From assembly GCA_002269645.1 (NCBI GenBank), contig NIVC01003910.1, forward strand, positions 6,117-70,116: a stretch of DNA of 64,000 nt, in the 5' to 3' direction. Both the position numbers and the translations under genes were made by a program. Under the pieces are notes generated by a model. That model saw only the letters and a list, made by a program, of their open reading frames with translations, did not search any database and was not told the DNA's origin. Below are positions 44,900-56,956 of the stretch, in pieces. Position 1 is the stretch's first letter. The number at the start of each line of letters is the position of its first letter. The DNA comes from Macrostomum lignano. Taxonomy: Eukaryota.

Positions 44900-47800
44900 G
44901 TCAGACAGACACACAGACAGACACACACACAGACAGACAGACAGACAGACAGACACGCAGCCACAACCCATGCGGAGGTCAAACGGGCCGCCAACCGGAT
45001 TGATTTGGCATGCGGAAAGGCGGCACCGGAGGAAGGCAGTTTTATAACACGGATTGGCGGCTATCAACAGGTGAGATAAATACTTAGCCAGCACAGATAA
45101 GTACAGGTGAATTCGAGTCCTCAGCACCAGCAGCATGAGCTAATACACCTGTCACTAATTAATGCATTAACAATACCTATGCCAGCGGCAGCCACTGGCG
45201 CACCGCTGCGATTGCAGCTGCCGTGGCTGCCAAAGCTGGTCAAATCGAGAAATGCGGGCTGGCCGCCGCCGCCGCTGGCTGAAAGCGAAGTTGAAGCAAG
45301 AGGGGCAGGAGGCAGTGAGGCACTACTGCTGACAGGATGAAGCGCAGAGGAATCTGGGCGGCCTCTATTAAACAATATTAAAAATGAAATCAACAAGCAC
45401 TGAGACTGACAGCTGCTGAGATGCGACAGACCAACACCGGATTAAAAATTTTAATGAGATAAAAAACTTTAAAACCGCTGGAAACTGGCAGCTGCGTTCC
45501 ATGAAACCGTTAGTTAACAATAGGAGCAGATGAAGGGTGAAAGAGGAAGGAGGCTGAACAATGGGAGCAGACGAAGGATGAAGGAGGAAGGAGGCTGAAC
45601 AATGGGAGCAGACGAATAATGAAGGAGGCTGAACAATGGAATCAGATGAATGATGAAGGAGGCTGAACAATGGGAGCAGATGAATAATGAAGGAGGCTGA
45701 ACAATGGAATCAGATAAATGATGAAGGAGGCTGAACAATGGGAGCAGATGAATAATGAAGGAGGCTGAACAATGGGAGCAGATGAATAATGAAGGAGGCT
45801 GAACAATGGAATCAGATGAATGATGAAGGAGGCTGAACAATGGGAGCAGATGAATAATGAAGGAGGCTGAACAATGGAATCAGATAAATGATGAAGGAGG
45901 CTGAACAATGGGAGCAGATGAATAATGAAGGAGGCTGAACAATGGGAGCAGATGAATAATGAAGGAGGCTGAACAATGGGAGCAGACGAATAATGAAGGA
46001 AAAAGGAGGCTGAACAATGGGAGCAGACGAATGATGAAGGAGGCTGAACAATGGGATCAGACGAATGATGATGGAGGCTGAACAATGGGAGCAGACGAAT
46101 GATGATGGAGGCTGAACAATGGGATCAGACGAATGATGAAGGAGGCTGAACAATGGGAGCAGACGAATGATGATGGAGGCTGAACAATGGGATCAGACGA
46201 ATGATGAAGGAGGCTGAACAATGGGAGCAGACGAATGATGATGGAGGCTGAACAATGGGATCAGACGAATGATGAAGGAGGCTGAACAATGGGATCAGAC
46301 GAATGATGAAGGAGGCTGAACAATGGGAGCAGACGAATGATGAAGGAGGCTGAACAATGGGAGCAGATGAATAATGATGGAGGCTGAACAATGGGAGCAG
46401 ATGAATAATGATGGAGGCTGAACAATGGGAGCAGATGAATAATGATGGAGGCTGAACAATGGGAGCAGATGAATAATGATGGAGGCTGAACAATGGGAGC
46501 AGATAAATGATGAAGGAGGCTGAACAATGGGAGCAGATGAATTATGAAGGAGGCTGAACAATGCGATCAGACGAATGATGAAGGAGGCTGAACAATGGAA
46601 TCAGATGAAGGATGAAGGATTATGGGTAAAGGAGGCTGAACAATGGGAGCAGACGAAGGATGAAGGAGGAAGGAGGCTGAACAATGGAATCAGATGAATG
46701 ATGAAGGAGGCTGAACAATGGGAGCAGACGAAGGATGAAGGAGGAAGGAGGCTGAACAATGGAATCAGATGAATGATGAAGGAGGCTGAACAATGGGATC
46801 AGACGAATGATGAAGAAGGCTGAACAATGGGAGCAGACGAAGGATGAAGGAGGAAGGAGGCTGAACAATGGAAGCAGATGAATGATGAAGGACGAAGGAG
46901 GCTGAACAATGGAATCAGATGAATGATGAAGGAGGCTGAACAATGGAATCAGATGAATGATGAAGGACGAAGGAGGCTAAACAATGGGAGCAGATGAATA
47001 ATGAAGGAGGCTGAACAATGGGAGCAGATGAATAATGAAGGAGGCTGAACAATGGGAGCAGATGAATAATGAAGGAGGCTGAACAATGGGAGCAGATGAA
47101 TAATGAAGGAGTATGGGTAAAGGAGGCTGAACAATGGGATCAGACGAATGATGAAGGAGGCTGAACAATGGAATCAGATAAAGGATGAATGATTAAGGAT
47201 GATAGAGGTTGATTAAGTCCACCACCGCAGATCCACCAGATCCCGCCACAACCCCACCACAGCCCTCACAGCCAAAGGGGTCGGTGAGGCCGCTGGAGCC
47301 CCAATCAAACTGCAGAGCCGCTCCAGGCGCCGAGCTGTCAACTGGCGAAGCTTCCTCATCCTGTGCGGGGTCACCGGTGAACTGATAGCTGAATGATTGC
47401 CAGCTGGCTTGAGCATTCGACACACTTTAAAAAGTAATCTACGCAACATATCGGTAGCGGATGTGGGTAGAGTTTGAATTTACTGCTCTCACCTGCAGGG
47501 CCGCTGCGGCGCCGCCGAATCTGCCGCAGTCGTCGAACTGCTGCGAGGCTCCTTGGGCGGAGCAGAGCGCGGACTGGGCCGCCACAGGCCTGCGGCTGAC
47601 CAGCTGCGGGCGGGCGGAAGCAGCAAGGGGCAATGCTGAAACCCTGTTGACTGCTGACATCCTACAGACTCCCCTGCTGACACCCTACGGATCCACTGCT
47701 GACACCCTACTGATTCCCCTGCTGACACCCTACTGATCCCCTGCTGACACCTTACTGACTCACCTGCTGACACCTACTGATCCCCTGCTGACACCTTACT

Positions 47801-50285
47801 GACTCACCTGCTGACACCTACTGATCCCCTGCTGACACCCTACTGATTCCCCTGCTGACACCCTACTGATCCCCTGCTGACACCCTACTGACTCCCCTGC
47901 TGACACCCTACTGATCCCCTGCTGACACCCTGCTGATTCCCTTGCTGACACCCTACTGATTCCCTGCTGACACCCTACGGATCCACTGCTGACAACCTAC
48001 TGATCCCCTGCTGACACCATGATTCTCCCGCATACTTACAGCCATAAATTCCCCTATATATAAGCTCGTAGTCAGCCCCCACTGCGATAGATTTCATGTT
48101 ACTTCATCTCAGCCCAGCCTCACTGACCACATTGTTCGGATCGATCCGCATGGTGCTGAGCAGGTCCTGGTAGAAGCGGGACTGGCTCCACTGGTACTTC
48201 ACGGCGGGCGAGTTGTCCAGGTCCAGCAGGTTGCTCCACACGTTGGCGGTGGCCGGCTGGCTGCGGAGGCGGCGGCGAAAGTAGCGGGGGTGACTGACTG
48301 ACTGACTGACTGGCTGACTGACTGGCTGACTGACTGACTGACTGACTGACTGACTGACTGACTGACTGACTGACTGACTGACTGACTGACTGACTGACTG
48401 ACTGACTGACTGACTGACTGACTGACTGACTGACTGACTGACTGGCTGACTGACTGGCTGACTGACTGACTGACTGACTGACTGACTGACTGGCTGACGA
48501 CTGACTGACTGACTGACTGACTGACTCGAGTGACTGACTGACTGACTGACTGACTGACTCGAGTGACTGACTGACTGACTGACTGATTTGAGTTGGTGAC
48601 TGACTGACTGACTGACTGACTGACTGACTGACTGACTGACTGGCTGACTGACTGACTGACTGACTGACTGACTGACTGACTGACTGACTGACTGACTGAC
48701 TGACTGACTGACTGGCTGACTGACTGACTGACTGACTGACTGACTGACTGACTGAGCGATGCAGGGCAAACAGCACCAAAAACAAGACAAAAAAGAGATA
48801 AAAATGTTGCGATCCCATTTCCCAAAAAGAAGACTATTAGCAAAAAAATGGAAGCAGATTGAAGGAAAACCCAGCGCAGTCACTGGAATTCGCTAACCAG
48901 TGGGTGCAGCGGCACACCTGCTGCTGCTGCCTGCAATTCGCAAAGCAAGAAAAAACTCAGTGCTCAGCATCCTGACACGGCATCATGGGGATTAAATTGA
49001 GACACAGCAAAACTCACCTGTGAGCAGCTCGGGTCACGATGTCGCTCACAGCTTCCATCTGGGCGGGGCTCTCAGCCAGCAGCAGGCTGCTCAGCACGGA
49101 TTCGTCTATGGCCGCGGCCTCCTCAGCCGGGCAGTGCGGCACAGCGGCATCTGCGTCTCCAAGTGCATCATTGAGCAGCTTCTCAAGCGCTGCGTGCAAG
49201 TCTGAGCACATCCGGGTGAGGTGTCGCTGCTGCTGCTGCTGCTCCGGGCCCTCCACCGTGGCCGATTGAAACTCTTCAAAGTCGTCGAAGTCATCGTCGT
49301 CAAGGCCGGCGTCTGAGGAGTTCGGGAATCTTCGTGATGGTGATGATGATGATAGTGATAGAGCACGTTTATGATGATGATGATATTGATGATGGGAGGG
49401 TGATGATAATGATTATGATGGTGATGATGGTGATGATTATGATGGTGATGATGATTATGATGGTGATGATTATGATGATTATGATAGTGATGAAGCAGGA
49501 TTATGATGATGGGAGGGTGATGATAATGATGATTAAAATGGTGATGATCCTGATGATGGTGATGATGATGCTAATAATGATGGAGTCTAGGGCATTCACA
49601 GTTTCCGATCTTTCTCTCAGTCTAAGAAAATTGTTTTACCTGCAGTACCGGTAGTTTCTATGGCAACGGCTTCACCAAAATCTGCCCATTGGTCGTCGTC
49701 GTCGGCAGCGACCTGATTGCCTGGCTGGCCGAAGCCGCTAGGAGGGCCGGAGAAGTCGGCAAAGTCCACCGGCCAGTCAGCGGCTGCGCTGGTGGCCAAA
49801 CAATTTCCACTTTCGCTGTCATTGGTTGCTAAGGGACTATCAGCTTTTCTGACACCGGTTGCTAAGCAACTGTCACTGCTGTCATTAGCTAAACTGGTTG
49901 CTAAGCAGCTGCCACTGCTACTGTCGTCGGCTGGACTGGTTCCTAAGCAACTGCCATTGTTGTTGTCATTAGCTGCACTGGTTACTAAGCAACTGCCATT
50001 GTTGTTGTCATTAGCTGCACTGGTTACTAAGCAACTGCCATTGTTGTTGTCATTAGCTGCACTGGTTGCCAAGCAACTGTCCATGTTGTTGTCACTGCCA
50101 GCATTGGTTGCTAAGCATTCGTCAGTTTTACTGACACGGGCTTCCTTGTCCTCACCCTTGGCTGCATCAACCGCGTGCCATTCGTTGTAATTTTCTGTGC
50201 CAGCACCAACATCTGTTGCTAAGTGACCATTGCTGTTGCCAGTGGCAATGCTGTCCTCCAATGCCATTGAAGAATTGTCGCCCAT
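44287..50285 (-). CDS. AFTPH: Aftiphilin-like clathrin/AP-1 accessory protein, about 549 aa. Exons: 50285-49640, 49312-49018, 48260-48128, 47603-47493, 47381-47270, 45353-45177, 44462-44287
   Basis: Acidic WxxF/FxxF motifs (WADF, FADF, DDDDFDDFEEF); VWSNLLDLDNSPAVKYQWSQSRFYQDLLSTMRIDPNNV and LQFDWGSSGLTDPF match the aftiphilin C-terminal region as I recall it; exon phases consistent (1650 nt). The last two exons are less certain. Confidence 0.82.
44655..44957. repeat. (CAGA)n microsatellite
   Basis: AFTPH intron. Confidence 0.95.
45505..47190. repeat. Minisatellite, 34-bp GGAGGCTGAACAATGGGAGCAGATGAATAATGAA
   Basis: About 1.7 kb, AFTPH intron. Confidence 0.96.
47640..48015. repeat. Minisatellite, about 22-bp CTGACACCCTACTGATCCCCTG
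   Basis: AFTPH intron. Confidence 0.94.
48292..48755. repeat. (GACT)n microsatellite
   Basis: AFTPH intron. Confidence 0.97.
49333..49582. repeat. Degenerate (GAT)n microsatellite
   Basis: AFTPH intron. Confidence 0.93.
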
Positions 50286-50606
50286 GCAGCCATGCAGTTA
50301 AACAAAAAAGTTGAAAAGTTGAAACTAAAAAAGACTGATTTGAGGTTTGACAAATCTGGTTAAGATTAGCAGATTTTTTTAATAACAAGCTTACAAAATA
50401 CCTAGAACTTTGAAGGTTCAAAGGCAAATTGTGGCATGAATAAAAAGAAATAATAATTTAAATAAATAGGCATTCCCAAGGACTAAGAAGATAGGTGAGT
50501 GGTAGTCATATTGCTAAAAATTGCAACATTGCACAATGGAACAGCTAAGCACATCTTTTTCAATGTGAAAAATATGCTTGATATTAGCTTTTAATAGTGC
50601 CTTCTA

Positions 50607-50900
50607 GGGGTTGTAGCCTAGTGGTTAGGGTGTCGGACTCACGACTTGAAGGTCGGGGGTTCGATTCCCGATCCCTCTGCAACAATTTGTGTCCTTGAGC
50701 AAGACACTTAACTCTGCGTTGCTTCAGTTTACCCAGCTGTAAAATGGGTACCAGCATTAGCTGGGGTAATTGAGGGTGTGTGTGGCGACCCCCCAGTCCT
50801 TGGACTGAACAGCCGTACGCAGCCTTCAGATGCGCCGCGCAATAGCTGCGGCTGAGCTGTCGGTTGCACATCTGCCCATTGGGCAGGTGTAATCAACAAA
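50607..50900 (+). mobile_element. tRNA-derived SINE with CORE-like domain, copy 2
   Basis: A-box TAGCCTAGTGG, B-box GGTTCGATTCC, TGTGTCCTTGAGCAAGACACTTAACTCT...CTGTAAAATGGG; flanking direct repeat AATAGTGCCT (50593-50602 / 50901-50910). Confidence 0.88.
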
Positions 50901-51125
50901 AATAGTGCCTACAATTTTGCCTACTTTTTGTTTGCTAAGAGTCTAAGACTGATAGAACAATGATAAAAAAGAAACAATTGTCAAAAAATAATATAACTTT
51001 CAGCAATTTATTATGACTGATTATTTTCATTAATCAATTCATATTTTTTCTGCTTAGTATATAAATCATAGATTGAACAATGATAGGAATTTTTCTGACT
51101 AGATACTACACACATAAGATAGAAA

Positions 51126-51311
51126 CAGTGGCATAGCCAAGAATTTTTTTAATTCAAGGGAGACCTATTTAGCACCTATAAGAGAGGGTATAAGAGGGGA
51201 GATTTTTTCTCTAAAATTGAGGGGGGGGTTACTTCTTTGCAGAATTTCAGGGGGGATAATATTGGAAGGCAGGCCTTTTAGCCCCCTTAGGGCCTCTTGG
51301 CTATGCCAAAA
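51126..51311. mobile_element. Short hAT-type MITE
   Basis: 14-bp perfect inverted repeat TGGCATAGCCAAGA / TCTTGGCTATGCCA; 8-bp TSD GATAGAAA (51118-51125 / 51312-51319). Confidence 0.75.
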
Positions 51312-53872
51312 GATAGAAAATGGTACTATTGCTAAGTATATATATATATTTATAAAATAACATTTTATTATAGAATGATTTTATAATAATAATTAAGGAG
51401 AAAACTAGACAAAGAATTATTTTGATAAGAATCAAAAATAAAAAAGCATATTAATTCTATTAAAAATTATTAATCTGCAAACAAAAAATTTAGAAAGTAA
51501 ATGAATGACTCAAGATAACAATTACAATTTTGAAAATGGTCTATTAAAAAATCATTTAGGTGAGATATAAAGAAATCTATCTAAACTAGACAATAAATAA
51601 AGTTACAATAATTAATTAAAAATAAAAGTAATTATTATTTACTTTTAGATTTTTTTGTCAAATGATAATATGGTCAACAAAATTTTAAGCTACAATACTT
51701 TTAATTCAATATTCATTTATAGCAGACAGTAGCAACCTAAGGGGTCAGTAGCATAAGCACTTTCAAATCAGCAATGAGGCAATCAGTTAGATTTAGAGTG
51801 GCAAATTTAGCCTGGCCATAATGCAAATTGCTCAATTGGCCAATAATATATTGGTTAAAACAGAAAGTTTTTGTAGTTTGTGAAGATAAAACCATAGAAT
51901 TTCTAGAAGCCTTTCTATGTGCAAAGATATAAAAAGGCTATTGACTAATATAGAGCAACCTGAATTCAAGTTTTAGCTATATTGCTGCAGTACCATTACA
52001 TATACTGCAAGTATTCATTTCATAGAAGGCTTCAAAAACTGTGATAACTTTTTATTTTATCCAATAGCAAGGCCAAGGCCATAGAAATAGATAAATTATT
52101 GTCTAAGATCCTAAAGCAATGGCCCAAAATTCAATAATTAAAAAAATTATTTAAAAAATACTTTTTCATTTTAAATATTTTTATTATGTTTTTATTCTGA
52201 AAATTGAGTTCTTTGTTTATCATAATCAGTGTGTGCTATTTATTAATATTATACTTGTTAGCAATTTAGCATGGCAAATATTTAATTTTGAAAAAAATTG
52301 TGAGACAGAACAATGCTAAAATTAGGAACAGAAAATTAGGTAAAGAGATGCAAAATATATCTGAAAAATGCATTTAATAGCTTGAAAAACATAACTTGGT
52401 TTAAAACTATTCCTATATCTAGATCTAGACACCTGCATCTGGATTCTGGTACATGTATTTATAATAAAAAAAGTTAACCTAGTAGATGCAAATTTATTTT
52501 TCTTAAAAAATCACAGACAATTAGCAATGGTCTAACCCTGGCCAACTAGAGAAGAGAAGAAGTCAGTGAGTAAACTTTTTAATGTTTGAAGTGTAAACGG
52601 GACAAGTTGTATTTAGGACAAGTTCATTGTAATAGTTTGCCTAAAAAAGCTGCCACTATTAGCTTAATCTTGAATAGTTTTTCTAACTTTTTTAGTACAC
52701 AACTGCATTCTGTCGCCAATAGAGATGTGCATAGTAGTTAGTTAAGACGTGCTAAGATTTTAAACTGTTTATAATAGCAAATCTATAATTTTCCTGGAAA
52801 ACCCTGGAATTTAAACAGGAATAGAAACAATTTGCGAAACAGTAATGAGTTAAAGACTGTTGTAATTAAAATAGTCCTTAAATGATTTAAGACTAAAATT
52901 GTTCATTTAGAGAACACAATGCAACTTGATTTACTATTTTTCTTATAATGCTGCAGCTTTAGCATGTTAAGTTTAATTTGAAATTTTACAACATTTTTTC
53001 CTTGCTTAATTATAAGTCATACTCGTACTTGCACATGTAGATATAATATTTTGTATTGGAGGGGGCGCAATCCTTAGGGGCGCCAATATTGGGTGTCTTG
53101 TGAAGGGCGCAATTTTTGTGGGGGGGGGCGCAATTTTGGTGGGGGCGCAATTGTGGGGGCCCCCTGCGTCCAAGTCAAAGACTTAAAAGTTAAGGGATTG
53201 CACCCGATATTATGGAGCTGGGCTGATGAGGAAAATTCGCTTGGCCCCTGAAGAATGGGACGACGATGCCCCTTGGTCATTCCCGGTAAAATTATGGTAT
53301 TGAAACCTATAGAAAAATCATACCAGCAGTTAAATTTGAAAAATTAAAACTCGCTTTGAAACAAGCAAGAGGTTCTGAGGAAATGTATTTTCCTCGAAAG
53401 TCACGACTGCATACAATTAGCTGATTTCAGTCGATTGCAGTTGCAGTCCTTTTGACTAAGAAATAATGCACTGTATTAGACTCATCCATCGACTGTAAGG
53501 AAGAGAAATTTGGGTTCTCAGAGGCAGAAAGGGCAGGAAACTTCTTGAATTCAATGTACAGCCGACCTGAAATGTTTTCTTCGGTTGCTATGCGATACGC
53601 GCACAAATTCTCTCATATCTCTCTCTCCACCTGCCCCAGCCCAGAGTACAGTTGCCCTCCTCGCGGAGAGGCCAGTTGGCTGTCTCCTGAGCCCCCTCCT
53701 CACCGCCTCACCTCTCCTCTCAGCCGCGGCAAAATTTGGCGCGAAATTCAAACTGTGGAATTCCAGCGAATTTTTGTTCATGGCCCGCAGTAGTGAAGCA
53801 GCTGCTTTTGTATTTTGAAAGCTTTTCCATCTAACGAATAATTTAGTGTGTTTTCATCAACTGCCTCCAGCG

Positions 53873-56422
53873 ATGAACCAATTCGACGCCATGGAGGATG
53901 AGGACGACCTATACGGCGGCTTTAACGAGTACTCCGCTCTGAACACCGAGGAGATTCTCCGGGACGAGTCCGTGCAGCAGGCTGTGCGCACCAGCCACGG
54001 CAGGCGGGCCCCGAACATCGCTGCCGCCGGCACCGCGGGGAAGCCGCCGCCAACGGGCACGCGGGCCGGCCTGCGCACCGGACAGGTCGGGGCCGGAGCT
54101 GCCGGCACCGAGGCCCGGCCGATGACCGCCGTGCGAGCCGCCGGCTTCACCCGCAACGCTCGCAAAGGATCCGCTGGCGACATTCGACCGGCGCCGCCGC
54201 TCGAGGCCAAGGCGGATAACAGTCCGGAGGAGAAGATCCGGGCGCTGGAGAAGGAGGTGGTGCAGCTGGTTGAAGAATCCTGTCTGGCGCTGTCGCGTGG
54301 CGAAAAGGGCGCCGCCTTGCAGAAGGCGAAGGAGGCAGCCAAGAAGGAGAAGGACCTGCTGCGGAAGCGAGAGGACCTGAGCAGCACGGACCAGGCAAAC
54401 ATGGACCTGACGTACATGGTTCTATTCAACCTGGCCAATCAGTACCAGGCGAATGACATGTACCAGGAGGCCCTCAATGCCTATCAGGCCATCGTGAAGA
54501 ACAAGATGTTTGCCCACGCCGGGAGACTCAAGGTCAACATGGGCAACATCTACTTCCGGCAGAAGCAGTTCGCCAAGGCCATCAAGTTCTACCGTATGGC
54601 CCTGGATCAGATCCCCAACACGCACAAAAGCCTGCGCATCAAGATCATGCAGAACATCGGCATTGCCTTCATCAAGATGGGTCAGGTGCACGACGCCATC
54701 ACGTCGTTCGAGCACATCATGCAAGAGCAGCCGGACTTCAAAACTGGCTTCAACCTGTTGCTGTGCTACTACACCATTAACGAAAGGAACATGATGAAGA
54801 TGGCTTTCACAAAGATGCTCTCCGTCGACTTGAAGCTGGGTGACCCGGACCGCTACACCCTCGCGCCCAACAGCGATAGGCAGACGGAGCTCATTCAGGA
54901 AGTCATCCGCAATGACGACCTGCGCAAAGTGGAGATGGAGAGGGAGCAGGACGCTGAGCGGCGCATCAAGATGGCTGCCAAGATTATCGCGCCGGTCATC
55001 GAGGAGACTTTTTCGGACGGCTACGACTGGTGCATCGACCAGGTAAAGTCCTCCGCCTTCCTCAACATCGGCCACGATCTGGAGATCGACAAGGCCATGA
55101 TGTTCCTCAAGCAGCGGGACTTCCACCAAGGTGAGGAGTCTCTCCACCGCAAAGCCATCGAATCATTGAAGTCCTTCGAGAAAAAGGACACCCGGCTGGC
55201 CTCCGCTGCCGGAGTGAATTTATCGTTCCTGCACTACTTGGAAGGCAACCTCCAGCAGGCGGACAAGTATGCTGACCAGTCGCTGCAGGCTGACAGGTAC
55301 AATCCGGCCGCTCTGGTCAACAAGGGCAACGTGTTCTACCAGCAGAAGGACTTCGAAAGGGCTCGCGACTTCTACAACGACGCACTGAACAACGACAGCT
55401 CCTGTGTAGAGGCTCTGTACAACCTGGGCCTGGTCAACAAGCGGCTGGGCCGCATGGAAGAGGCTCTGGACGCGTTTCAGAAGCTTCACACGATCTTCAA
55501 GAACTCGGCGCAGGTCATCTACCAGCTGGCCGATGTGTTCGAGAAGATTGGCGAGCGCAACCAGGCGCAGGAGTGGTACCTGCAGCTGAACGGCATTCTG
55601 CCCACCGACCCCAAGCTGCTGCAGCGTCTGGCCGCTTTCTGCGAGGATGAGGGTGACAAGTCGCAGGCGTTCTCCTACTACTACGATTCCTTCAGATACT
55701 ATCCGGCCAACCTCGATGTAAGTGGACGGGGTGCCTTCTGTGATTTAGGCTTGCCTGACAACATATCCTTATTAGGAATGAGCTGGTTTATTTTAAGACT
55801 TACGTGATTTCAAGTCGAGACCCCTACCGCTTTGCTCTTCCAGGTGATTGAGTGGCTGGGCGCCTACTACATCGAGGCGCAGTTCTGCGAGAAGGCCATC
55901 GGTTACTTTGAGCGGGCCGCCATGATGCAGCCGGGCCAGGTGAAGTGGCCGCTGATGATCGCCAGCTGCCACAGGCGCAGCGGCAACTACCAGGTGGCTC
56001 TGGAGACCTACAAGTCCGTGCACAGGCGCTTCCCAGACAATGTTGAATGCCTGAAGTTCCTGGTGCGGATCAGCACCGACCTCGGCCTGGACGAGGCGGC
56101 CGAATACACTGCCAAACTGAAGAAAGCCGAGAAGAGCCAGGAGGCCCGAGAGCAGCGGCAGGCCAGCGCTGGACGGCGCAGCAGCGTCGTTGGCCAGGCG
56201 GGCAGCAGAGAGAACTCGGCGGGCACCGGCGGCTACCGGCCTCAGGCGCAAATGCCGCCGCAGCCGCACCAGCAGCAGCGGCAGCCCCTGCAGCAGCAGC
56301 CCAGCATGGACTACGAGGACCCACTGGGAGCGGAGCGCGAGCGCCCGAGGACGGCGGCGAGGCGCGCCCCGGTGGACGAGTTCGCGGACGAGGAGCTGGA
56401 CGACACCCTGCTGCCAGAGTGA
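53873..56422 (+). CDS. IFT88: Intraflagellar transport protein 88 (TPR protein). Exons 53873-55717 (possibly split by micro-intron 55131-55154) and 55844-56422
   Basis: EDEDDLYGGFNEY, AVRTSHGRR, RPMTAVRAAGFT, AIKFYRMALDQ, DRYNPAALVNKGN, VIEWLGAYY and C-terminal DEFADEELDDTLLPE are hallmark IFT88 segments; GTAAGT...TTCCAG intron 55718-55843. Confidence 0.97.
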
Positions 56423-56956
56423 CGCCTGACGACCGCCGATTCGTTTGCTGCGTTTTCAACTATAAAATTTCACTCTCTCGAATGTGCTGCTCTGATATTC
56501 TCCTATTGCTAAGCGATGGTTGGAATGGATCGTTCATACCTTGGTGTCTTTACTGTTGTCCAAGAGTTTGAGCACACAATACTGAATTTTAGCACCAGTC
56601 TCCCTTCCCGAGCCCAGGAAGCTGCCATACGAAAGCAATGACTGTCAGTTGCTATTCGCTCCCAAGATTCTCCCTAAAACTCAATATAAAAGCTAAATTA
56701 TACGCATGCTATTTTGTCTAAAATTTGAGTTGACCAAAAGTTAGCTCTTCTGTGCGATTTTATTCTCTTCCGGGTGCGAATTCGACTTGCATTGGATTAA
56801 CAAACAGTAGTGCAAGGAATAAAACCTTCTCACTGCAAAAAAAAATCATAAAAAGGAGTCCTGTCTCATTCACAGAGACACGGTCTAGGATTTAGCAGAA
56901 GTCTTTACTAAGCAAGGGATAAAATAAAGAAAATCACGGCACGAGAGGGTCAAAGG

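Noticed and set aside
44970-45060. Possible extra AFTPH exon (AANPCYKTAFLRC...)
   Set aside because: Phase-compatible, but weak donor (GTTGTG), no aftiphilin-like content, and the model is complete without it.
53058-53250. GGGGCGCAA subterminal-like repeats ending in TTGGCCCCTG (hAT-like terminus)
   Set aside because: No matching opposite terminus or TSD found; probably a fragment but not delimitable.
54422-55147. Antisense ORFs over IFT88, gag-pol and the ankyrin gene (e.g. 53857-54438, 57053-57661, 57752-58264)
   Set aside because: Shadows of strong GC3 codon bias on the coding strand.
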